38,957 nt of DNA from a virus (Duplodnaviria; Caudoviricetes): positions 1-38,957 of IMG/VR virus record IMGVR_UViG_3300022863_000001. One strand, written 5' to 3'. Positions within the stretch are counted from its first letter, which is position 1. Every line of letters begins with the position of its first letter. Positions 6,723 through 15,711 of this stretch are shown one piece after another. The notes beneath the pieces are model-generated. The model was not told the origin of the DNA. It saw nothing but the letters and a program-made list of their open reading frames with translations, and did no database searches. Both the position numbers and the translations under genes were made by a program.

Positions 6723-7154
6723 ATGAACTACTCTACAGCTGTGATACTTATCAATCCAAACATTCGTGCTGTCTTAGGTCAGTATGAAAACAACACAACT
6801 CCAACCACTTTCAAAACAACTGATGCTGACTTGGTTGTTGGCGACATAGCAGTTGTTGAAAGCACCACTCGTTGGGGTTTAACCACAGTTAAAATAACGG
6901 CAGTTGATGCGGATGTTGACTTTGACTCTACCACGCAGGTTGGTTGGGTTGTATCTAAGGTTCCAGTAACGACGCATGAAACATTGAAGACAATGGAAGC
7001 CGCTGCGATTGACCTTATTAAGAAAGGTGAACTGCGTAAACGCCGCGAAGACATTAAGAAAAATACCTTGGATGCTTACTCTGCCGGTGAAATTGATAAT
7101 CTTGCCATTGCAAAGCTAGGCATCAGCCACAACACTGACCAAACCAAGGAATAA
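6723..7154 (+). CDS. Hypothetical protein
   Basis: AAGGAG RBS, 143 aa ORF. Confidence 0.8.
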   Translation: MNYSTAVILINPNIRAVLGQYENNTTPTTFKTTDADLVVGDIAVVESTTRWGLTTVKITAVDADVDFDSTTQVGWVVSKVPVTTHETLKTMEAAAIDLIKKGELRKRREDIKKNTLDAYSAGEIDNLAIAKLGISHNTDQTKE

Positions 7155-7164
7155 AGTTCAACAA

Positions 7165-7312
7165 GTTTTGCTCTAACCTGGTGACCAAACTCCACAGGAG
7201 GAGCAGGGCCTAGACTCACATGCGTTCGTCTAGGCGCGCTAAAGCGCAAAGCGCGACAAACAGTAAAAGCCGTGGGGTTGTGAGGTCGAAGGCAATTGCT
7301 GGGCGTCGCTTT
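7165..7312 (+). ncRNA. Candidate structured RNA (multiple hairpins with loop-loop complementarity)
   Basis: Stems 7165-7173/7201-7209, 7208-7215/7228-7235 (perfect 8 bp), 7253-7271/7291-7309; loops AACTCCAC and CTCACA complementary to GTGGGGTTGTGAG (7272-7284). Confidence 0.55.
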
Positions 7313-7324
7313 AGGAGGCTGGCC

Positions 7325-7699
7325 ATGGGAACATGTCCTAGGTGTGGAGCACGAATAAAGCATAAGAAGAAGAGTGAGGGAGTTCGCTGGTGTCGCCGAC
7401 ACGGGCCAATTGAGAAACAAAGGAGCAACAAAATGGAAGTTTTAATCAAACGAGGCGAGGTGCTTCTCGTCTCAGTTGAGGGTCTGGAAAGTTTCCCTCA
7501 AACAATTTCTTACGATGAGGCCTTTGGCTTTACAGTAGAGAAACTGGCAGCACAAGCCCGTCAGGCAGCACAGCAGCGTGAAGCTGACCGTGTTGCGGCG
7601 CTTAACAACGCCATCGCTGTAACCAATACAAACACGCTTGGTGTTGCTGGTCAAGCTGCTGTTGAAGAACCTCAAACCGAAGGAGAGACCAATGCGTGA
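7325..7699 (+). CDS. Hypothetical protein; N-terminal CxxC...CxxH segment; second in-frame start at 7433
   Basis: AGGAGG before ATG 7325 and AAGGAG before ATG 7433. Confidence 0.65.
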   Translation: MGTCPRCGARIKHKKKSEGVRWCRRHGPIEKQRSNKMEVLIKRGEVLLVSVEGLESFPQTISYDEAFGFTVEKLAAQARQAAQQREADRVAALNNAIAVTNTNTLGVAGQAAVEEPQTEGETNA

Positions 7700-8060
7700 A
7701 TTAAACCTAGGTGAACTGCTGGAAGCCATTGCTACAAGCTGCCAAGCGGAACCAAAGAATGCGGAAAAAGCAGAACCAACCCAAGACACTGCGCCTTCAG
7801 TTGAAGTTCAACTTGCTTCACTCGGCAATCTGCTTCGTAATCGCACCGACTTTGAAGTTGGCACACAGCTTACTTTGAATAACTTCGGTGAAAAGAAATA
7901 CAATATCCGGTGCCGCGGCCCGGTTGTTGTTAGCCATCGGTTTTCGTCTCCTGTTCTTGACAGAGACGGCGAACTGGTGCACGGCGAAATTGCCTACATT
8001 GGCAAGAGCGACGCAGTTGTAACACAGGTAGTAGACTTCCGTCTATTCCGTAAAATCTAG
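7692..8060 (+). CDS. Hypothetical protein
   Basis: AAGGAG RBS, ATG 7692. Confidence 0.75.
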   Translation: MRELNLGELLEAIATSCQAEPKNAEKAEPTQDTAPSVEVQLASLGNLLRNRTDFEVGTQLTLNNFGEKKYNIRCRGPVVVSHRFSSPVLDRDGELVHGEIAYIGKSDAVVTQVVDFRLFRKI

Positions 8061-8069
8061 GAGAGAAAA

Positions 8070-8240
8070 ATGGCTATCGACCAAAAAGAACTGAAGGCTC
8101 AAATCAAGGCGCTCAACACTGAACGCACTGGCTTGACAAAGGAAGTTGCTAAACTCGCCAAGACAAACGACAAGCTTGCAAAGTCAATCGAAAAAGTTGA
8201 CGCCAAGATTGAAAAGTTGTCGGCTAAACTGGAGGGCTAA
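8070..8240 (+). CDS. 56-aa Lys-rich coiled-coil protein
   Basis: Hand translation MAIDQKELKAQIKALNTERTGLTKEVAKLAKTNDKLAKSIEKVDAKIEKLSAKLEG; AGGAG RBS; fills the gap exactly. Confidence 0.75.
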   Translation: MAIDQKELKAQIKALNTERTGLTKEVAKLAKTNDKLAKSIEKVDAKIEKLSAKLEG

Positions 8241-8243
8241 ACA

Positions 8244-9074
8244 ATGGCTAAGAAACCTGGTACAGCGGTTGCCACCTGGGACGAAGAGCTTTCCAATCGC
8301 GCGAAGATTGCCGATGCACAGGCTCGCACGCTCCAGACCGGCAACAAGTTCTTTAGCTTGAAGTCTGGCGTCTTCTCATTCGACGGGAAGCCGCTGCCTG
8401 GGAATGAGATTTATGTCGTCATTCTAGACGGGGTATTTGCCAACACTCATTATGCAGGCAAGTTCGACCCTGGCAATCCTGCCAGCCCGGATTGCTATGC
8501 CTTCGGCCGTGATGCTCAGTCTATGACACCACATGATAATGTGGCACCAGAAGAAAAGCATAGCGACCGTTGCGCAACTTGCCCTATGAACGTCTTCGGT
8601 TCTGCCGATGAAGGTCAAGGCAAGGCTTGCAAGAACACTTACCGCCTGGCGCTTATTCCTGCTGGCAATGTTGATGCTAAAGGTAAGTTCAAACAGTTCA
8701 CAAGTGAAGAAGAACTGTTGACCCAGGAAGTGGGTTACCTGATGATACCTGTGACCTCCGTCAACAAACAGTTCCTTGTCTATGTCAAGCAGCTCAAGGA
8801 TGGCGTGTGGACGGCAGGTAAGTCTCGTCCTACCGAAGGCGTTGTCACTCGCATCAAGCTTGTGCCTGACGCCAACAACCAGTTCGTTTTGAATTTCTCC
8901 TTTGCCGGGTTCCTAGGTGATGTTATTCAAAGCGCTGCCATTCGTCGCTCGGACGAAGCGAAGGAAACGATTGCCTTCCCTTATCCGAAAAACGAACCTA
9001 AGATTGCATCCAAGGCCAAAGCACCTGTTAAAGGCAAGAAGCCAAGCGCTGCATCCAAGGCTCGTAAGTACTGA
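8244..9074 (+). CDS. Putative ssDNA-binding / replication accessory protein with Cys cluster
   Basis: PDCYA...CATCPMN.FGS...GKACKN motif; sits upstream of polA; GGAGG RBS; function inferred from context. Confidence 0.6.
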   Translation: MAKKPGTAVATWDEELSNRAKIADAQARTLQTGNKFFSLKSGVFSFDGKPLPGNEIYVVILDGVFANTHYAGKFDPGNPASPDCYAFGRDAQSMTPHDNVAPEEKHSDRCATCPMNVFGSADEGQGKACKNTYRLALIPAGNVDAKGKFKQFTSEEELLTQEVGYLMIPVTSVNKQFLVYVKQLKDGVWTAGKSRPTEGVVTRIKLVPDANNQFVLNFSFAGFLGDVIQSAAIRRSDEAKETIAFPYPKNEPKIASKAKAPVKGKKPSAASKARKY

Positions 9075-9337
9075 TGGTGGACGTCTCTAAGCAACTTCGC
9101 ACATGGGAAGGACTCAACCGGGCTTTAATGCTCGCAGAGTTAGACCTGTGTGAGAAGTTGCTGGAGGCTGAACAGCGAGGCGCAGCACGCATTCAGTTCC
9201 TCACCCGCATCCAAAGCCGAATTAACCGGCTTACCTCCAAAAAAGCTCTAGACAATATAAGGAAATCACATGTTAAGCGTGGACCAAAGAAACGAAAAAG
9301 CGGCAAAGTTGGTAGTGATACACACACAGACGTCTAA
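9074..9337 (+). CDS. Hypothetical protein
   Basis: TGATG coupling to upstream gene. Confidence 0.65.
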   Translation: MVDVSKQLRTWEGLNRALMLAELDLCEKLLEAEQRGAARIQFLTRIQSRINRLTSKKALDNIRKSHVKRGPKKRKSGKVGSDTHTDV

Positions 9338-9449
9338 ACTGCTCAAGGAAATTGACAGTACATCACTGAAGCCAGAAGACCGCGAAATGAAATCCGCAGC
9401 AGTTGTGGCAGCTGCTCTTGTTGACGCATACGAAGTATTGGCAGGTTGA
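9270..9449 (+). CDS. 59-aa hypothetical protein
   Basis: Hand translation MLSVDQRNEK...VDAYEVLAG; AAGGA RBS; stop is 1 nt before the polA ATG. Confidence 0.55.
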   Translation: MLSVDQRNEKAAKLVVIHTQTSKLLKEIDSTSLKPEDREMKSAAVVAAALVDAYEVLAG

Positions 9450-9450
9450 T

Positions 9451-11382
9451 ATGAAAGCGCCAGAGGTTGAAACCATCGATTTTGAAACTGAAGCCATTGA
9501 TGGCCACCCTCGGCACCCGCCAGTTCCTGTTGGCGTGTCTATCATTCGTCCAGGTGACCGCAACTCAAAGTATTGGGCTTGGGGACATCCGTCAGGTAAT
9601 AACTGCACCAAAGCACAGGCAAGGAAAGCTTTGCAGGAATGCTGGTCGTCTGGGCGCCCTATCCTTTGCCATAATGCCAAGTTTGACCTAGATGTTGCTC
9701 AGGTACACATGGACCTACCTATGCCGCGGTGGGAACTGCTGCATGATACCATGTTCCTCATTTTTATGAATGACCCATACGGCGACTTAGGTTTGAAACC
9801 GGTAGCTGAGCAGCTACTTAATATGAAGCCAGAGGAACGTGATGCTATCCGTGATTGGCTCATTGAAAACAAGTTCATTCCAAAAAATGCCAAGAAAGTA
9901 GGCCACCTGATATGCAAGGTGCCCGGCGATATTGTAGGAGCGTATGCCAATGGCGACACTATACGAACTCTCAAACTATTCAAAAAGCTCTATACGTCCA
10001 TCATCGCCAGAGGAATGGGAACGGCTTATGACCGCGAACGACGCTTGCTCCCTATTCTGCTTCGAAACGAGGGCCCAGGTATCCGAGCAGACGTTGGCTT
10101 CCTTGAGACCGCTTGGAAATCTTCGGCAACTGCTTTTCAGACTTGCGACAAATGGTTGCAAAGGGTTCTCAAAACCAAAGACCTAAATGTTGACAGCGAT
10201 GCAGAGTTGGTCCAGGCTCTTATTAAGTCAGGTAAGGCAGACGAGGACAAGTTCCTGTTGACGCCTAAGGGCCAAATCAGCGCAGACAAAGAAAGCTTGC
10301 TGGGCGCTGTCTCAGACCCTCGTGTCTTGCAGGTTTTGCAATACCGCTCAAAACTTGGCACCTCAGCCTCAACCTTTATCGGACCATGGCTCGAGGAAGC
10401 AACCAGGACAGGCGGCACAGTGCATCCAAGTTGGAACCAGGTACGCCAACCAGGGTCCAAGAAGTTCTCTGATGGCGCTCGCACAGGACGCTTGTCAGCC
10501 TCACGGTTTATGAACGCCCCTAAGGAAGTGGAAGAGGGCAGCGGGTATGAGCTTCCAACGTTTATTGGCTTGCCTCAACTACCTAATGTGCGCATGTGTT
10601 TGCTACCAGACAAAGGCCACCGGTGGGGTAAGCGAGATTATTCCCAGCAAGAGCTTCGTGTTCTTGGCCATTTCGAGGATGGTCTACTATTGGACAAATA
10701 CAATGAGACGCCGGACCTAGACATTCATCTTTTTGCTGCTAAACTGGTTACCGAACTGCTTGGCATTATGGTTCCTGATGAAAAAGAACTGAAGCGCTGG
10801 CGTACCAAGATGAAGACAATCGGCTTTGGCATTCTTTATGGCATGGGTCTTGGTGCCTTGGCTGAGAGAATGGATGTCGACGTCAAGACAGCGCAACGTC
10901 TCAAGAATGCCTATCTCGCCGTCTTCCCTGGCCTTAAGGAATTGCAAGACGACTTGAAAGCCAGAGGCCAGGCAAACCTACCTATGACAACCTGGGGCGG
11001 CAGACAGTACCTTGTTGAACCTCCTAAATTTATTGAGTCTCGTGGTCGTGTGTGCACCTTTGAATATAAGCTATTTAACTATCTCATTCAAGGTTCCTCT
11101 GCCGACTGCACCAAGGAAGCAATCATCCGTTATGACGACGTTAAAAAGAACGGACGTTTTCTTGTTACAGTCCACGATGAAATCAGCATCAGTGCTGAAC
11201 CAGGCGCCATGGAAGAGGAAATGGAAATCCTTAAAGATGTAATGGCTTCAGTTGAGTTTGATGTGCCTATGTTATCTGATGGAGCTACTGGCAAAAGCTG
11301 GGGCGCTTTGAAATCATTTAAGGATGCTGAGCAAAGAGAGTGGCTTGATAAACAACGAACTGCAACCAAGCGACCTAAATAA
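9451..11382 (+). CDS. polA: Family A DNA polymerase with 3'-5' exonuclease
   Basis: DFET, HNAKFD exo motifs; TGRLS; motif A DYSQQELR; motif B RTKMKTIGFGILYG; motif C VHDE. Confidence 0.96.
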   Translation: MKAPEVETIDFETEAIDGHPRHPPVPVGVSIIRPGDRNSKYWAWGHPSGNNCTKAQARKALQECWSSGRPILCHNAKFDLDVAQVHMDLPMPRWELLHDTMFLIFMNDPYGDLGLKPVAEQLLNMKPEERDAIRDWLIENKFIPKNAKKVGHLICKVPGDIVGAYANGDTIRTLKLFKKLYTSIIARGMGTAYDRERRLLPILLRNEGPGIRADVGFLETAWKSSATAFQTCDKWLQRVLKTKDLNVDSDAELVQALIKSGKADEDKFLLTPKGQISADKESLLGAVSDPRVLQVLQYRSKLGTSASTFIGPWLEEATRTGGTVHPSWNQVRQPGSKKFSDGARTGRLSASRFMNAPKEVEEGSGYELPTFIGLPQLPNVRMCLLPDKGHRWGKRDYSQQELRVLGHFEDGLLLDKYNETPDLDIHLFAAKLVTELLGIMVPDEKELKRWRTKMKTIGFGILYGMGLGALAERMDVDVKTAQRLKNAYLAVFPGLKELQDDLKARGQANLPMTTWGGRQYLVEPPKFIESRGRVCTFEYKLFNYLIQGSSADCTKEAIIRYDDVKKNGRFLVTVHDEISISAEPGAMEEEMEILKDVMASVEFDVPMLSDGATGKSWGALKSFKDAEQREWLDKQRTATKRPK

Positions 11383-11612
11383 TGGACGAATTTGACTACA
11401 CGCATTGGCATGCTATGTACACTTACTGGCACTTACATATTCAATGTGGCCAAGTTGGTGACTCGTCATACCAGTGGAATTGGTTTATCAGCACTGCAGC
11501 GCATAAAAGACTTTTGCAATGGCGTGTTTGGCAAATTAAGTTACACAGTTTCTTACTAACTACCTGGAAGACAATCAAACGCTTAGCACAAAGGAAACCT
11601 AAATGCCTATAA
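11382..11612 (+). CDS. Trp/His-rich hypothetical protein
   Basis: TAATG coupling with polA; fills gap before exonuclease. Confidence 0.5.
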   Translation: MDEFDYTHWHAMYTYWHLHIQCGQVGDSSYQWNWFISTAAHKRLLQWRVWQIKLHSFLLTTWKTIKRLAQRKPKCL

Positions 11613-12295
11613 AGAAAAAACAAGTCTATCAGTTCACAGCTTGGTCTTATTCACGCTTGAGCGACTATCTTCTTTGCCCTCTTAAAGCAAAGTTGAAACA
11701 CCTGCTTAAGATGAAAGAACCTGAAAGTCCTGTGTTGGCTCGTGGGTCTGCGGTCCATAAAGAGGCTGCGGATTACGTCCTAGGCAACAGTCCTGCTAAG
11801 CTGCCTGAGTCGCTTAAACTGTTCCCTGATGAGTTCAAGCTTTTCAGGAAACTGAAGGCGCTTGTAGAAACACAATGGGCTTTTGACAGCAAGTGGAACC
11901 CGCTTCCTATGCCTGATGGTTGGTTCTCGCCTGAGGCTTGGCTGCGTATTGTTGTTGACACGCATGTCTACATACCCAAAGAAAAGCTCATTGACATTGT
12001 CGACCATAAGACAGGTAAGATACGACCTGAGCAAATGGAGCAGCTTGAGCTTTATATCATTGGCGGGTTCCTGAAATATCCTGAGGCTCAAAAAGCCCGT
12101 GCGCGCTTTTGGTACCTAGACCAAGGTGAAGAGCGCAAGGTGGAATATACCAGAGACCAGTTGCCTGCTCTGCAAAAGAAGTGGGAAGGTAAGGTCAAGG
12201 GTATGATGGTCGATAAGAACTTTGCACCGAGACCTAATGACAAATGTCGTTGGTGCCACTGGCGCGCAGAGCTTGGCGGTCCCTGTAAGTTTTAA
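11603..12295 (+). CDS. PD-(D/E)XK exonuclease, Cas4/RecB-like with probable Fe-S cluster
   Basis: WSYSRL...CP, RGSAVH, VD...IVDHKTGK, QLELY, C-terminal CRWC...C. Confidence 0.88.
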   Translation: MPIKKKQVYQFTAWSYSRLSDYLLCPLKAKLKHLLKMKEPESPVLARGSAVHKEAADYVLGNSPAKLPESLKLFPDEFKLFRKLKALVETQWAFDSKWNPLPMPDGWFSPEAWLRIVVDTHVYIPKEKLIDIVDHKTGKIRPEQMEQLELYIIGGFLKYPEAQKARARFWYLDQGEERKVEYTRDQLPALQKKWEGKVKGMMVDKNFAPRPNDKCRWCHWRAELGGPCKF

Positions 12296-12306
12296 CAAAG
12301 GAGAAT

Positions 12307-12882
12307 ATGATGTGTGATGTAATGGTAGACCTTGAGACGACTGGCATGCGCCCTGGTTGCGCTATCCTGTCCATTGGCGCGGTTGCTTTTTGCCCTAAGA
12401 CCAACCGTCTGGGCGCCGAGATGTATGACGTTGTGAACCTGAAGTCATGCCAGGCCGTCGGTCTGACAACCCAGGAGTCCACTATGAAGTGGTGGAACAG
12501 CCAGTCAAAGGAAGCGCGCAAGGTGCTTCAGGAAGCAGAAAGCGATGATGCAATCTCTATTGCAGCGGCTCTTGAAAGGTTCAACCTGTTTCTGTGCAGG
12601 TTTGGTAAAGGTACTGTGCGGGTTTGGGGTAATGGTTCTGACTTTGACAACGCTCTGCTTGCTGCCTGTTATGGCGCTACTGGAGCTGAGCCTGGTTGGT
12701 CTTTTTGGAACAACCGCTGCTATCGCACGCTTAAGAACCTGGCTCCGCACATCAAGATAGATAAAAAGGGCACGATTGCCCACAATGCACTTGATGATGC
12801 AAAGACACAGGCACAACATGCTATGGACATCTTTGCAACCATGAACAACAAAGAGAACTTGCATGCAGGCTTGCGTGCATGA
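12307..12882 (+). CDS. DEDDh 3'-5' exonuclease
   Basis: VMVDLET, ILSIGAV, VWGNGSDFD, RCYRT, HNALDDA. Confidence 0.9.
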   Translation: MMCDVMVDLETTGMRPGCAILSIGAVAFCPKTNRLGAEMYDVVNLKSCQAVGLTTQESTMKWWNSQSKEARKVLQEAESDDAISIAAALERFNLFLCRFGKGTVRVWGNGSDFDNALLAACYGATGAEPGWSFWNNRCYRTLKNLAPHIKIDKKGTIAHNALDDAKTQAQHAMDIFATMNNKENLHAGLRA

Positions 12883-13268
12883 AGTACCTTGAGACCGCAC
12901 ATGAGACGGATACCAACAAATGGGCCGACGAGCGTGGTATTGAGCGCATAAAGAATAAGAAACGAGGTTGGCCTGACCAGTTGTACCTGGTTTGGCCGCC
13001 TCTTTTTATTGAGTTCAAGAAAGAAGGAGAGGAACCAGATGAGTACCAGAAAGAAATCCACAAACGCATCAGAGCATGGGGTTTTGATGTCGAAGTCCAC
13101 GAAAGCGCCAAGACAGCAATCGCCTCTCTCCTTCCACGTGCCAGACTTGCCCGCAGTCGTGCCACAATCATGGCCACCAAGACCTTACAACAAAAAAGCC
13201 GTCAAGTGGCTGTTGGAACACAGAAGCGCCGGGTTGCTGCAAGACCCAGGACTCGGAAAAACGTCTGA
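12879..13268 (+). CDS. VRR-NUC domain nuclease
   Basis: E...GWPD...FIEFK....P...Q motif, upstream of SNF2 helicase. Confidence 0.85.
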   Translation: MKYLETAHETDTNKWADERGIERIKNKKRGWPDQLYLVWPPLFIEFKKEGEEPDEYQKEIHKRIRAWGFDVEVHESAKTAIASLLPRARLARSRATIMATKTLQQKSRQVAVGTQKRRVAARPRTRKNV

Positions 13269-14622
13269 GACGTTGGCAGCGCTTAAAATCCTGTTTGATA
13301 AAAAACTTATAAGCAAAGCACTGGTCCTTGCGCCTACGCCACTGTCCTGCACAGACGTCTGGGTTGCTGAGAAAGATAAGTGGCTTGACTTCAACCATTT
13401 TGACATGACAGTGCTTTGGGGTCCAAAGAAGGAACAGCGGCTTTGGGAAGACCATCAAATATACATCATGAACCCGGAAGGTCTTGAGTGGTTGCTCAAT
13501 TACACCAAGACTAAAACAGCCAAAGGCAAAGTCCGCATTGATATTGATTTGGCTCGTCTGAAAAAGATGGACTTTGATGTCATTGTGTATGACGAGCTCA
13601 GCTTGTACAAACACATCAATACCAACCGCTACAAAGCGCTTAAGCACGCTATTCCACACTTTGGTTGGAAGTGGGGTCTGACCGGTTCACCTTCTGCTAA
13701 CGGACTGCTTGACCTCTTCGGTCAATGCTACGTGTTGGACCAAGGTACTTGCCTTGGACCTTACATTACGCATTACCGCACCAAGTATTTCCATCAACCC
13801 AACCCTAATGACATGTTCAGTTGGGTAATCCAACCAGGCAAAGAGGCAGAGATATACAAAGCCATTTCGCCTATGATGATGGCAATGAAAGCTGAAGACT
13901 ATCTGACCCTTCCTGAGTTTGTACCTGTCAACCGTGTTCTGACATTGCCAGATGAGGCCTATGAAAAGTACTGGGCCATGGAAGAAAATCTCATTGTCGA
14001 GATTAAAAAGAAAATGATTACCGCGACAACATCCGCTGTGGCCTCAGGCAAGTGTTCTCAGATTGCGAATGGTGGATTGTATCTGCCAGCGCCGCCTAAG
14101 GACCTTGATGGAGACCAACCGAAATACAAACGGCAATGGGTAGACATCCATCAAGCAAAGGTGGATGACCTTGAGAACCTGGTCAATGAGTTGCAAGGCC
14201 AGCCGCTTTTAGTGGCTTATGACTACGAGCATGACCTTGCGCGTTTGCAGAAACGTTTCGGCAAGGACTTACCTTACATTGGCTCAGGTGTGCCGCTCAA
14301 ACGGCGCCAAGACCTATGCAAACTTTGGAACGCCGGTCGATTGCCTTATCTGTTTGGCCAACCGCAGTCCATGGCCAGGTCATTGAACCTGCAGCAAGCT
14401 GGGCACCATGTCTGCTGGCACAGTCTGACTTGGAACTTTGAAATCTATGACCAGTTCAATCGTCGCGTTTTAAGGTCTGGCAACACACACAAACGTGTCT
14501 TTGTCTACCATCAAATAGCTAAGGGAACTGTCGACCATATCAAGATGCAGTCGCTTAAGGCTAAGGATACCACCCAAAGGTCGCTTTTTGCTGGTCTTAA
14601 GGCTTTGGCTCAAAAAAGATGA
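13087..14622 (+). CDS. SNF2-family (SF2) helicase; start uncertain
   Basis: DPGLGKT, YDELS, GLTGSP, SLNLQ, QFNRRVLRSG motifs; overlaps the VRR-NUC 3' end. Confidence 0.9.
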   Translation: MSKSTKAPRQQSPLSFHVPDLPAVVPQSWPPRPYNKKAVKWLLEHRSAGLLQDPGLGKTSETLAALKILFDKKLISKALVLAPTPLSCTDVWVAEKDKWLDFNHFDMTVLWGPKKEQRLWEDHQIYIMNPEGLEWLLNYTKTKTAKGKVRIDIDLARLKKMDFDVIVYDELSLYKHINTNRYKALKHAIPHFGWKWGLTGSPSANGLLDLFGQCYVLDQGTCLGPYITHYRTKYFHQPNPNDMFSWVIQPGKEAEIYKAISPMMMAMKAEDYLTLPEFVPVNRVLTLPDEAYEKYWAMEENLIVEIKKKMITATTSAVASGKCSQIANGGLYLPAPPKDLDGDQPKYKRQWVDIHQAKVDDLENLVNELQGQPLLVAYDYEHDLARLQKRFGKDLPYIGSGVPLKRRQDLCKLWNAGRLPYLFGQPQSMARSLNLQQAGHHVCWHSLTWNFEIYDQFNRRVLRSGNTHKRVFVYHQIAKGTVDHIKMQSLKAKDTTQRSLFAGLKALAQKR

Positions 14623-14696
14623 AAATAGCCGTTTACAAGTGGTCTGTGATGTGTATATAATCATCACATCAAGTCAACCTTGCTGAGGTTCATCAA
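14622..14696 (+). promoter_or_regulatory. Early promoter P3 plus leader box CCTTGCTGAGG (14678-14688)
   Basis: AAAATAGCCGTTTACAAGTG (-35 at 14632-14637), TATAAT at 14656-14661. Confidence 0.8.
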
Positions 14697-15698
14697 ATGT
14701 CTACCGACCTGTTCTTAGGGCAACCTTTTCGCCTTAACTTTAGCGAAAAAGAAACGCCAAACCGCTCCAAAGGTTTTCCTGCCGTTGTCTTTGCGATGAA
14801 TGGCAGTTATGTTTCCGTTGTTTACCAGTCTGCCAAAGGTATTAAGACAATGGAAATCCTGCGGCGCGACTGGATGAGCATGGCCTTTCCTGACTGCACC
14901 ATGTATCACACCAAGGCCATATATGATGAGTTCCGCTCCGGGTTCCCTCTTGATGAGGACTGGAGCAAGGACGCTTTAAGACAAGAAGCAATTTCCAAAG
15001 CACCAAAGAAAGAACAGACTGCGCAGCCTATCATCCTGCCAGTTGGTCGGACGATGCGGTTTAAAGTGCATGCTGACTTTCACCACAACATTGCCATTGA
15101 GACAAACCATGTCCCTGGCTTTATATTTTTCATTCCAATTCTCGTCGGCGATAAGCTGGAAGTCCAGTCTCTGCCGTCGCGCGAGTTTGAGGGTGACTGG
15201 AAACAGTTGCCATGGTGCCCAGTGCCGAAAGCAGCGGCCTTGGTTCTTGAGTACCTATCTGCTGGAGTACTGAAAGCAACGCCAGAAGCCAAAGATTTTC
15301 TGAGGCAGGCGCTAAACAAGGAGAGTGAAATGGCCGAAGAAATCGATACGACCGCAAAGCCTGTTGAAAAGAAGTCTGCGCCAAAGGCAAAGACCGAAAA
15401 AAAGACAGCGCCGAAAGCCAAAGCAGAAAAGAAACCTGCTGCCAAGGCAAAGACCGAAAAAAAGACAGCGCCTAAGACTGCCAAAGAAACCAAGGCGCCA
15501 AAGGAACGCAAAGAAACTGCTTCAAGCATGTTGCGTGACTTGATTGCCGCTGGAACCCTTACCGACGACCAAATTTTTGCAAAGGTCAAGGCTAAGTACG
15601 ACCTAGGCGACGACAAGCGTTGGTATGTTTCTTGGTATCGCAATGATATGAAAAAGAAGGGTCTGAACCCACCTGCCGCCAAAGAAGCCAAGAAGTAA
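14697..15698 (+). CDS. Protein with histone H1-like Lys/Ala/Pro repeats and small C-terminal helical (possible DNA-binding) domain; internal start at 15330
   Basis: EKKxAPKAKT decapeptide repeats; AAGGAG RBS before in-frame ATG 15330. Confidence 0.75.
   Translation: MSTDLFLGQPFRLNFSEKETPNRSKGFPAVVFAMNGSYVSVVYQSAKGIKTMEILRRDWMSMAFPDCTMYHTKAIYDEFRSGFPLDEDWSKDALRQEAISKAPKKEQTAQPIILPVGRTMRFKVHADFHHNIAIETNHVPGFIFFIPILVGDKLEVQSLPSREFEGDWKQLPWCPVPKAAALVLEYLSAGVLKATPEAKDFLRQALNKESEMAEEIDTTAKPVEKKSAPKAKTEKKTAPKAKAEKKPAAKAKTEKKTAPKTAKETKAPKERKETASSMLRDLIAAGTLTDDQIFAKVKAKYDLGDDKRWYVSWYRNDMKKKGLNPPAAKEAKK
15384..15472 (+). repeat. 29-nt exact direct repeat (15384-15412, 15444-15472) within a 30-nt periodic coding repeat
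   Basis: AAGGCAAAGACCGAAAAAAAGACAGCGCC twice, 60 nt apart. Confidence 0.9.
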
Positions 15699-15711
15699 GA
15701 GGACCCTTGTC

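Noticed and set aside
7165-7312. Hammerhead or pistol ribozyme
   Set aside because: No CTGANGA/GAAA core; the partner of the GTCTAGGC segment lies upstream, unlike the pistol topology
9451-11382. DpoZ / 2-aminoadenine system
   Set aside because: No purZ-like gene recognised; polymerase motifs look ordinary
11603-12295. CRISPR-associated Cas4
   Set aside because: Standalone Cas4-like exonucleases are routine in phage replication modules; no array or cas1
15080-15691. 203-aa hydrophobic minus-strand ORF
   Set aside because: Antisense shadow of the Lys/Ala repeat gene
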